A DNA stretch of 64,000 nt from Deltaproteobacteria bacterium (GTDB lineage: Bacteria > Myxococcota_A > Polyangia > Polyangiales > Houyiibacteriaceae). The notes under the pieces are model-generated. The model saw nothing but the letters and a program-made list of their open reading frames with translations, had not been told where the DNA came from and did no database searches. Shown piece by piece: positions 32,390 through 40,140 of the stretch. Both the position numbers and the translations under genes were made by a program. The stretch spans positions 32,001 to 96,000 of the forward strand of contig JAXMNT010000022.1 in assembly GCA_034670305.1 (NCBI GenBank), in the 5' to 3' direction. Positions within the stretch are counted from its first letter, which is position 1; each line of letters starts with the position of its first letter.

Positions 32390-33313
32390 ATGAGATGGAT
32401 TCAGAGCGCAGCGGCGCACACGCGAAACGGCTTGGGGCTTCTCGGGTCGGTGGCGCTCCTCGCATTCGGTGGCACCGGATGCGGAGACGCGCCGGGTCTC
32501 GACTTTCCGCCCGACCCGCTCGGTGAGATCGACCCGACGCCCGACCCCAGCTGCACGGCGACCTGGACGGTGGGTGCGCGTGGTCGGATCGTGGACGAAA
32601 CGGGCGTCGGGGTCGAAGGCGCCCGTCCCCAGATGTGCCTGCGCTTGGAAGACGAGACGCTGCTCTGCCTCGTCCCTCCGGTCACCGACGCCGAGGGGTA
32701 CTTTCATCAGGCGTTCACCTCCGAGATCCCGGGCGAGGAGCCGCGCTGTCTTCAGGAGATCGCCGTGCGCGCGTTGTTGCCGAATGCCGGGTTTGCGACG
32801 ACCTACTGCCATGCATCGCTGACCCCGGAGAACGGCGTCTTGACCCTCGACGATCCGGTGGTGCTCTACGAGGTCGCCCCCGCCACGTTGCCGCCACAAG
32901 GCGATCGCGAAGCGGTGCGCGAGGTGACGCTCGACGACGGGCTCGTGCTCGATGTGGTTCCGAGTGCGTTCTTCGGAGACTACGAGCGGCTCTCAGCCCA
33001 GCGGCATTCGGTCGCCTCGCCCCCGTGCTTCGCCCGTGGGGCCGACTTGCTCGGGCTCTACGCCTTCACCCCCGAGGTTCGGGTGGACCCAGGGTTTCGG
33101 GTGCGCATCCCCAACCGCCACGGTCTCGAAGAGGGTGCCCGGGTGGAACTGCTCCTCCTGGGCGGTCTCGAGACCATCCTGCCGGACGAGCGGCTCATCG
33201 CCGAGGCGGACTTCGAGGTCTTCGGCACGGCGACGGTTCGCGATGGGTTCATCGAGTCCGACGTCGGCAGCGAGCTGCCCTACCTGACCTGGCTTGGATA
33301 CCGACGTCTGTGA
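32390..33313 (+). CDS. Hypothetical lipoprotein
   Basis: Hydrophobic signal ending GTGC; carboxypeptidase-regulatory-like GRIVDETG..TDAEGYF segment. Confidence 0.75.
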   Translation: MRWIQSAAAHTRNGLGLLGSVALLAFGGTGCGDAPGLDFPPDPLGEIDPTPDPSCTATWTVGARGRIVDETGVGVEGARPQMCLRLEDETLLCLVPPVTDAEGYFHQAFTSEIPGEEPRCLQEIAVRALLPNAGFATTYCHASLTPENGVLTLDDPVVLYEVAPATLPPQGDREAVREVTLDDGLVLDVVPSAFFGDYERLSAQRHSVASPPCFARGADLLGLYAFTPEVRVDPGFRVRIPNRHGLEEGARVELLLLGGLETILPDERLIAEADFEVFGTATVRDGFIESDVGSELPYLTWLGYRRL

Positions 33314-33432
33314 GTTAACCAACGGTCGTGTGCCACTTTTCTGACCGTCGGCCCACTACGGCACGATCGACGATATGACGACACCAGATGTAACACCCTG
33401 ATTTGACGGGATGTTTTCGTTCTGATGAGTGT

Positions 33433-33448
33433 TGGCACGAACGTGGCA
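33433..33448 (+). promoter_or_regulatory. Sigma-54 promoter (-24/-12)
   Basis: TGGCACGAACGTGGCA with GG-N10-GC spacing, preceded by an AT-richer segment. Confidence 0.55.
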
Positions 33449-33462
33449 CTGGTTGGCGTCGT

Positions 33463-34392
33463 ATGTCTCGCTGCGCCACCTCCGGTCTCCCATCTTGGCT
33501 CAGCGCACACCTCGCGGCACCGTTTGCGGTGCTGGCAGTGCTGGCTTCGGGAACCGCGGTGCTGGCTTCGGGCATCGCAGTGCTGGCCTTGCTCGGCGGC
33601 TGTTCGAGCAGCCTGAGCACCCTCCAGCCCGCCCGCTTGGTCCCCGCCGGCCACACCCAGCTCAGTACTTCGGTGCGGGTCACCCCGCCCACGGGGATCT
33701 CCGGAGAGACGCTGGACTCGGTGCGGGCCCTCGAGGGGGTTGGACGGCGGCCGACGCCCGTCCAGCTCGAACAGATCGCCACCGCCGCGACCGCAGCGGT
33801 GGTCCAGCCCCCGAGCGCGGACGGCGAACTCGCGCTCGCCTATGGGCTCTCGGAGCGGTTCGAACTCGACGCCCGGGTCGGCAGCACGAGCGCGGGCCTC
33901 GGCCTGCGGGTGCAGCTGCTTCGGGTGCGTCCGGGCATCTACGCCGCGGTCGGCGCGATGGCCTCCCTCTCGTTCAACGAGTTCCCGGTCGAGCGCTTCA
34001 CCGACCGGGCCCGGGTGGAGTCGTTTCGCCGTCAGGACTTCGCGTTTCCGCTGACGCTTGGGTACAGCCGGCGACGGATCCATCTCTGGGGCGGGCCGAA
34101 GGTCGTGCTCTCCCGATTCCGCTCCAACATCGCGGCCTGCATGAACCGGCGTGACTCGGGATGCGCGGGCGAGGCGGAGCTGCGGGCATCGGGGTTCGCG
34201 ACCTACGTCGCGGGACAGTTCGGACTCGCCGTCGGCTCGAACCGCTTCTGGGTGGCGGCGGAGCTCACCGTGGCACGCGCCCGCATTCGGGCCGATCTGG
34301 ACGTCGAGATGGGCGGGTCCTCGATGCAGGGCAACTTCGATCGGCGCGGCATGGTGCTCACGCCGGCGGTCGGCCTGATCCTCTGGCTCTAG
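33463..34392 (+). CDS. Hypothetical lipoprotein / outer-membrane beta-barrel-like protein; start uncertain
   Basis: LLGGC lipobox; alternating beta-strand pattern (LAYGLSERFELDARVG); C-terminal strand TPAVGLILWL. Confidence 0.65.
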   Translation: MSRCATSGLPSWLSAHLAAPFAVLAVLASGTAVLASGIAVLALLGGCSSSLSTLQPARLVPAGHTQLSTSVRVTPPTGISGETLDSVRALEGVGRRPTPVQLEQIATAATAAVVQPPSADGELALAYGLSERFELDARVGSTSAGLGLRVQLLRVRPGIYAAVGAMASLSFNEFPVERFTDRARVESFRRQDFAFPLTLGYSRRRIHLWGGPKVVLSRFRSNIAACMNRRDSGCAGEAELRASGFATYVAGQFGLAVGSNRFWVAAELTVARARIRADLDVEMGGSSMQGNFDRRGMVLTPAVGLILWL

Positions 34393-34397
34393 CTTCT

Positions 34398-34435
34398 TGC
34401 CACTGCGGGGCCCGGCTCGCTTCGCAAGACCTGGC
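34398..34435 (+). repeat. Copy of the dispersed intergenic repeat
   Basis: TGCCACTGCGGGGCCCGGCTCGCTTCGCAAGACCTGGC aligns with 43727-43762. Confidence 0.65.
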
Positions 34436-34559
34436 AACTGCGTGGATCCAGACGCTCCTATTGGCGCTCGGTGTTCACTGTAGTCGTGCACCAGTTGCTC
34501 GCCCTACGGGCTGCAGGTGCACACGCGGAGAGGCCTGACTCGCTCACCCAGGGCGATGC

Positions 34560-35825
34560 CTACTCGGTGAGCCGAGCGGCGCGGCGGCGGACCGTGGCTC
34601 GGTCCATGCCGAGGATGCGCGCCGCGGCCGCGTAGTTGCCGCCGGTGTGGGCGAGCACGCGGCCGATGTACCAGTCGTCGACTTCCCGGAGCGTGGCGCT
34701 GCCTTCCTGGATCGGTCGCGGGGGCACCGAAGGATCGAGCACCACGCGCTCGGAGAGTTCCGGTTCGAACCCGAGCATGACACTGCGCAGCAGGTTGAAG
34801 AGTTCGCGCACGTTGCCGGTCCACGGCAGCGCGCGGTGAGACACCTCCTCCAGCCAGCGCTCGGTCCGTTCGCGCACGGCGGGCAGCGCGCCCGGGGCCA
34901 CGTAGAGATCGAGAAAGGAGCGGCCGAGCGCGGGGATGTCCTCGCGGCGTTCCCGAAGCGGCGGCAGCCGGATCACGTGGCCGGCGAGCCGCTGGTAGAG
35001 ATCGCGGCGGAACGCACCTTCGATCACCATCGCTTCCAGGTCCTTGTGCGTCGCCGCCACGTAGCGAACATCCGCTTCGAAGGGCGTGTCGGTGCCGAGC
35101 GGCGTCACGAGATCCGTCTCCATCACGCGGAGCAACTTCACCTGAGTCTCGGTGGGCAGGTCGCCGACTTCATCCAAGAAGAAGCACCCGCCGCGCGCGC
35201 TCCGGATCTGTCCGCGCCGGTCCGCGGTGGCGCCGGTGAACGCCCCCTTCTGATGCCCGAAGAGCTCGCTCTCGATGAGGCCGTGGGGAACGGCGGCTGC
35301 GTTGAGGGCGGCGCGTGGTGCGCCTTCGGGCGCATCGCTCGGCAGCGCTTCTTGGATCGCGTGCGCGATCAGCTCCTTGCCCGTCCCGGTCTCGCCCGTG
35401 ACGAGCACGTCGTGATCCATGATCACCCGTTCGAGGGTGAGCGCGTGGTGCAGCGACTCACCGAAACACGCCGCCCAGGTCTCGGCGCGCACCCGTTCGA
35501 GGGCCGCCGACGAACCGACGAGGCGACGAAGCGCCCGATGGCAGCGTCGGGCACCTTGGACGATTCGCCAGTAAGCCTCCGGTGGTCGCGGCAATTTCTT
35601 CCAGACCCGATCTGCGAGCTCCAGCTCGGGCGGGAGCCCGCGCAGCGCCGCGCCGTGCGACAGGCCGAGCAGCACGCGCTCGGCGTCCTCGATCCCAGAC
35701 GACTCGAGCGTCTCCATCACCGACCGGTGCACGTTCGCCTCGGCCGCGAACGCAAGCGCCGCCGTCCACGCCCCCGGATCCTGTGCAAAAGGGTTGCGGG
35801 CGAGCTGTTCCAGATAGAGCGACAT
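34560..35825 (-). CDS. Sigma-54-dependent enhancer-binding protein
   Basis: [45 protein letters not shown], Fis-type HTH. Confidence 0.95.
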   Translation of the reverse strand: MSLYLEQLARNPFAQDPGAWTAALAFAAEANVHRSVMETLESSGIEDAERVLLGLSHGAALRGLPPELELADRVWKKLPRPPEAYWRIVQGARRCHRALRRLVGSSAALERVRAETWAACFGESLHHALTLERVIMDHDVLVTGETGTGKELIAHAIQEALPSDAPEGAPRAALNAAAVPHGLIESELFGHQKGAFTGATADRRGQIRSARGGCFFLDEVGDLPTETQVKLLRVMETDLVTPLGTDTPFEADVRYVAATHKDLEAMVIEGAFRRDLYQRLAGHVIRLPPLRERREDIPALGRSFLDLYVAPGALPAVRERTERWLEEVSHRALPWTGNVRELFNLLRSVMLGFEPELSERVVLDPSVPPRPIQEGSATLREVDDWYIGRVLAHTGGNYAAAARILGMDRATVRRRAARLTE

Positions 35826-35925
35826 AGGAGCGGACTATGGCATTCGGTCGCGCCGTCGAGAATCGTCCGCGTGTTCGACGCAGGAAGGTGGCGCTGCCCC
35901 CCTCGGATTTGGCACCCTACGTTCC

Positions 35926-36648
35926 ATGAAGAGCTTCGTTATTCTTGGGTTCCTTGCGATCTGGGCCGCGCTGCTCACGACCGCTCCGGCGCTCGCCCAG
36001 TCCGACGAGCGCGGTCGGCTGCATTTCCAGGCCGGCGCGTCCTACTACGAGGCCGGCGACTACGAAGACGCCCTGCGCGAGTTCTCGAGGGCGCAGGAGT
36101 TGAGCGGCAAACCCGAGCTCTTCTACAACATCTCCCTCTGCCATCAGCAGCTCGGCGACATGGAGCAGGCGATCGTCTCCCTCGAGACGTACCTGGCCCA
36201 AGTGGACGAGATCGAGAACCGCACCAACCTGGAACGGCGCCTCGCGAACTTCCGAGAACGTTTGGCGGAAGACGGCAGCGAAGAAGTCACCCCACCGGTG
36301 GAAGACCCCGAGCCGAACGGCGGGCCCAACGTCGGTGCGATCGTGGGATTTGGCGTCGCCGGGGCGGGCCTCGTGACCCTGGTGGTCTCGGGTGCGCTGG
36401 CGCTCTCGGAGAAGTCCGCACTCGAAGACCGCGGATGCGGGAACACGATGGAATGCGATGCGGGCGCCCTGCGCACCCGGTCGCTGGTCGCCGACATCGG
36501 ACTGGGGCTGACCGTCGCGGGCGCCACGCTCGGCATGGTGATGTGGCTCCTCGGACGGGACGACGAATCGGACGACGCTGCGACCGTGAGCGTGTCTCCT
36601 TGGGCCGGTCCACAGGGCGCCGGCGCCTCGGTCACCGGTCGATTCTGA
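35926..36648 (+). CDS. Secreted TPR protein with C-terminal hydrophobic/beta-strand region (myxobacterial type)
   Basis: Signal peptide; TPR pattern YEAGDYEDALREF..FYNISLC; ends VTGRF. Confidence 0.8.
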   Translation: MKSFVILGFLAIWAALLTTAPALAQSDERGRLHFQAGASYYEAGDYEDALREFSRAQELSGKPELFYNISLCHQQLGDMEQAIVSLETYLAQVDEIENRTNLERRLANFRERLAEDGSEEVTPPVEDPEPNGGPNVGAIVGFGVAGAGLVTLVVSGALALSEKSALEDRGCGNTMECDAGALRTRSLVADIGLGLTVAGATLGMVMWLLGRDDESDDAATVSVSPWAGPQGAGASVTGRF

Positions 36649-38228
36649 TGCGGACCACATCACAGACGGGGTGTGTGCGCTCGATGTTGGCAGTGGTCGC
36701 CGTCGGGTGCTTCGGATGTTCGCTGATCACGGATCCGGATTCGTTCGAATCCCTACCCGAAGGCGTCGACGCCGCGGGTGTGGATGGTGGCGGCGTGGAC
36801 GCCGCGGTCGATGGCAGGGTGGAGAACGATGCTGGGGACGCGGACCCATGCGGCATGACGTGCAGCAGTGCGCAGGTGTGTTTTGAGGGCGCGTGCGTCC
36901 AGTGCGTGACGACCGCGGACTGTGTGGAGGAACAGTACTGTTCGGACAACGTCTGCGCTTCTTGCGACGCAGACGGTGACGGTTTCGCAGCCCGCCCGGA
37001 ATGCGGGACCGAGCGGCCCATCGACTGCGACGATTCGGACCCAGACATCCAACCGGTGCTCACGTCCTGCGGGGGACTCACAGGGTGCCCGCTGCCCGGC
37101 ACCAGCGCGCTGGGCCTGCCCATGCAGCGCTCGTTCGCGGAGGCGATGGGCCAGGTGGGCGGTGGGGTCGGACGTCCGAACCGCTCGACCAATCGCACCG
37201 ATCCGCTCGCGCTCGTCCGCGAAGAGGATGGCGCCTGGACCGCCGCCTGGCTCACCGACCCCGACGCCTCCGCCGGGTTCTCGGACCTCGTGTTCGCCCG
37301 CATCGGCAGCAGCGAAGGGGTGTTCGCGTCGGACCAGACCCGCGCCGGCACCTTCGGTCTAACGAGCCTCATCGACGTCGAGATGAGCGACACAATCTCG
37401 GGGCTCGTCGCATTTGTCGGCAACGCATCCGATGCGCGGCTCTTGGAGCAGACGCCCGAAGGAATCTGGGAGGCGGATCCGGTCGTCGGGGATGGGCTGG
37501 GCCTCGACAGCGGCGCCGCCTACGGCCTGAACGGCGTGGTGTTCTGGCGCAAGGGCGACACTGGTCGCAGTGCGACCACTCGCGGCACGACCCAGTCTCC
37601 CAGCAGCGCGGAGCTCGAGGTCGTGGGGGGCGAGGTGGCCTCGGCGGGTGATCTGGCGATCACGCAAGGTCGGTCCGCGTTCGTGCTCTGGACCGACAGC
37701 ACGCTGGCGCCGCGTCCCTTGCCGGGGTTGTTGCCCCTGGGCGATCCTCGCATGGTGACCGCGGGCTTGAGTCTCCTCGCGGTCCTGCCCGGCGTGGAAG
37801 AAGGGAGTGGTCGAACGGGTACGTACGTCCTCGCGGTGGCTCCGACCTGCGTTCCCGGCGGGGTGTGCGGTTCGCCCCGGGCCCTGGAGGGTCCCGATTC
37901 TTCGACGATGTTCGCGGTCGCTGCCAACGACGACTTTCTGTTCGTGGCGGACGTCCTATCGGAGCCGACTCAGGTACTTCTCTACGTCTTCTCGGTCGCC
38001 GACATCGAAGCCGGTGAGGGGGCGACGTTGACCCCGCTCGGTGCGCCGCGCCCCCTCTTCACTGGGCCTTCACCAGCGTTCGAAGGGGCCGTGGGTGCGA
38101 TCGAGATGAGGGTGCATGAGACGTCTGCGCCGAACATGGTCGAACTCTCGGTCTTGGTGTCGGCGGCGGAGACGCTGACGGGCATCGAATCCAATGCGTA
38201 CCTGCACGTGATGCAGTTCTGCTTCTGA
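36648..38228 (+). CDS. Cys-rich lipoprotein with DxDGDG..DCDD (MopE-like metal-binding) motif
   Basis: TGATG overlap; CFGC lipobox; Cys repeats; DADGDGF..DCDDSD. Confidence 0.75.
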   Translation: MRTTSQTGCVRSMLAVVAVGCFGCSLITDPDSFESLPEGVDAAGVDGGGVDAAVDGRVENDAGDADPCGMTCSSAQVCFEGACVQCVTTADCVEEQYCSDNVCASCDADGDGFAARPECGTERPIDCDDSDPDIQPVLTSCGGLTGCPLPGTSALGLPMQRSFAEAMGQVGGGVGRPNRSTNRTDPLALVREEDGAWTAAWLTDPDASAGFSDLVFARIGSSEGVFASDQTRAGTFGLTSLIDVEMSDTISGLVAFVGNASDARLLEQTPEGIWEADPVVGDGLGLDSGAAYGLNGVVFWRKGDTGRSATTRGTTQSPSSAELEVVGGEVASAGDLAITQGRSAFVLWTDSTLAPRPLPGLLPLGDPRMVTAGLSLLAVLPGVEEGSGRTGTYVLAVAPTCVPGGVCGSPRALEGPDSSTMFAVAANDDFLFVADVLSEPTQVLLYVFSVADIEAGEGATLTPLGAPRPLFTGPSPAFEGAVGAIEMRVHETSAPNMVELSVLVSAAETLTGIESNAYLHVMQFCF

Positions 38229-38249
38229 TCGAGCAGATCGAGCAGCTTC

Positions 38250-39998
38250 CTAGGGTTCGGTGACGACCAGTCGCTGCCGCGTCGGCACGTTCGTGAAGGT
38301 CTGCGTCTGGTCGGAGGCCGGCCAGTACACCTCGACGCGCGCGACCTCTTCGAGTTCGTTCAGTCCGAAGTGCGGCGTGCCGGGTGTGTTGCCGAGAAAC
38401 CCGCACCCGTTGCCGGCGACGCGCAGCATCGGCGGGCTCTCTTCGGTCGGCCACACCCGCACGACGGCGCCGTACCCGTCGCGGTTCGAACTCGTGCCGA
38501 CCGTCGCGACCTCGAGCCATGCACGGCCGTCGGCCACGTCGTTTCGGAACAGCGTCGGTGCGTCGAGGCTGTGGGTGATGAGCAGGTCGTGGTCGCCGTC
38601 GCCGTCCGCATCGAATGTGACCACCGCGCGGCCGACTCCGTCGTCGATCAAGCCGAGCTCCGCGGCGACGTCGGTGAACGTGCCATCGCCGTTGTTGCGC
38701 CACAGCTTCATCGGATCGGTGAGAAAACCCGTGGACTCGGGCGGGTGGCGCATGCCGTTGGTCGCCACCAGATCCAGATCGCCGTCGAGGTCGTAGTCGA
38801 AGAACCGCGCGCCCCAACCCCAGCCCGCCTCGCGCACGCCCGCCTCGTCGGTCACGTCGGTGAACCGGCGGTCCCCGTCGTTGCGGTAGAGCCGGTTGCC
38901 GCTCGTGCCCCAATGGCAGCTGTCGGTCGCGGCGCAGGTGTCGTCGTAGATGGCGGTGACGAACCAATCGAGATCACCGTCCCCATCGTAATCGCCGAGC
39001 GCGCTGCCCATCCCGTTCTCGTCGGTGCCGACGCCGGCTTCGACGGTGCCGTCGGAGAACAACTCGCCCTCGTTCCAGAACGCCCGCGACGAGTCGAAGT
39101 CGGCGGCCACGAAGAGATCCGGCCGGCCGTCGCCGTCGACGTCCGTCAGCGTCGGGGTGAACCCCCAGGCGCCCGCACGCACGACGTCCTCCATGCGCAC
39201 TCCGAGTTCCGTCGTGACGTCCCGATAAAACCCTGGCGCACTGGCACCGCGGTTGCGCAGGAGCGAGTTCCGGGAATCGCCCACCGACGACCGCCGCACG
39301 CGCCACTCGGACGTGGCGAGATCCAGAAATCCATCGAGGTCGAAGTCTCCGAAACACGAGCTCGTGGTCGAATGAAAGAACCCGTCGGTCTCGACCTGGG
39401 CGACCTGCCGCGTCACCCCGACCTCGTCGAACCCGCCGCGGCCGTCGTTGACCAGCAGAAAGTACCGGTCTTCGCCCACCGTGCCGACCAATAGGTCTGG
39501 GTCCCCGTCGTTCTCGATGTCCGCGAACGCGGCCCCGTTCGAGAAGTTGAACTCGGGCAGCGCGTCCATGGTCCGTGGCTCGAACCGCCAGCCCCCTTGG
39601 TTGACGTACAGCACGTCGGGCGCTTCGAAGTGGGTCAGGAACACATCGAGGTCGCCATCGCGGTCCACGTCACGAACCGCGACGCCTCCACCCATCCGCA
39701 GGGAGGTGCACGATGTGTTGTCGCCCAGGTAGCAGGGCACCGGGTAGGTCTCGCGCCACTGGGGTTCGACCAGCGTCGTGTCCGTCCGAACGAACCGGGG
39801 TCCCGTCACGAACGCGTCCACCGATGGCTGCCCATCGACCGGGCCCACGTCCTGCACGTCGGACGCGTCCGCGTCGGTCGCATCCACGCCCGTCGCCGCA
39901 TCCGGTTGGGTGTCGTCGGGAGGCCCGTCGGTGCTGCACGCGCCGACGATCGTGCACAGGCTTGCGATCGCCGCGCACCACGAATTCTCCCGGCGCAT
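38250..39998 (-). CDS. CRTAC1 / ASPIC-UnbV family FG-GAP lipoprotein
   Basis: VGAC lipobox; several GDxDxDGDLD repeats; NRDGYGAVV, HFGL, VEVYWP. Confidence 0.9.
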   Translation of the reverse strand: MRRENSWCAAIASLCTIVGACSTDGPPDDTQPDAATGVDATDADASDVQDVGPVDGQPSVDAFVTGPRFVRTDTTLVEPQWRETYPVPCYLGDNTSCTSLRMGGGVAVRDVDRDGDLDVFLTHFEAPDVLYVNQGGWRFEPRTMDALPEFNFSNGAAFADIENDGDPDLLVGTVGEDRYFLLVNDGRGGFDEVGVTRQVAQVETDGFFHSTTSSCFGDFDLDGFLDLATSEWRVRRSSVGDSRNSLLRNRGASAPGFYRDVTTELGVRMEDVVRAGAWGFTPTLTDVDGDGRPDLFVAADFDSSRAFWNEGELFSDGTVEAGVGTDENGMGSALGDYDGDGDLDWFVTAIYDDTCAATDSCHWGTSGNRLYRNDGDRRFTDVTDEAGVREAGWGWGARFFDYDLDGDLDLVATNGMRHPPESTGFLTDPMKLWRNNGDGTFTDVAAELGLIDDGVGRAVVTFDADGDGDHDLLITHSLDAPTLFRNDVADGRAWLEVATVGTSSNRDGYGAVVRVWPTEESPPMLRVAGNGCGFLGNTPGTPHFGLNELEEVARVEVYWPASDQTQTFTNVPTRQRLVVTEP

Positions 39999-40066
39999 TC
40001 GACAACCATAGTATGCGGCCGCGCAGACGCCGTCGGTGGATGTGCGTTTTCGCCAGACCCCCACCC

Positions 40067-40100
40067 AAAGAAAAACGGGCCGACCTCTCGGCCGACCCGT
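40067..40100 (-). terminator. Rho-independent terminator
   Basis: Minus strand ACGGGTCGGCC-GAGA-GGTCGGCCCGT followed by TTTTCTTT. Confidence 0.85.
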
Positions 40101-40140
40101 CTCTCGTCATGCGACCGATTCCGGCCGCGTCATGTCCGAC

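Noticed and set aside
34647-36647. Long upstream extensions in the ORF track (34647-38228, 57372-60443, 52697-55939, 44857-46800, 10684-11682, 27336, 28571)
   Set aside because: They overlap other well-supported genes. Starts were reassigned using stop/start coupling, signal peptides or family N-termini.
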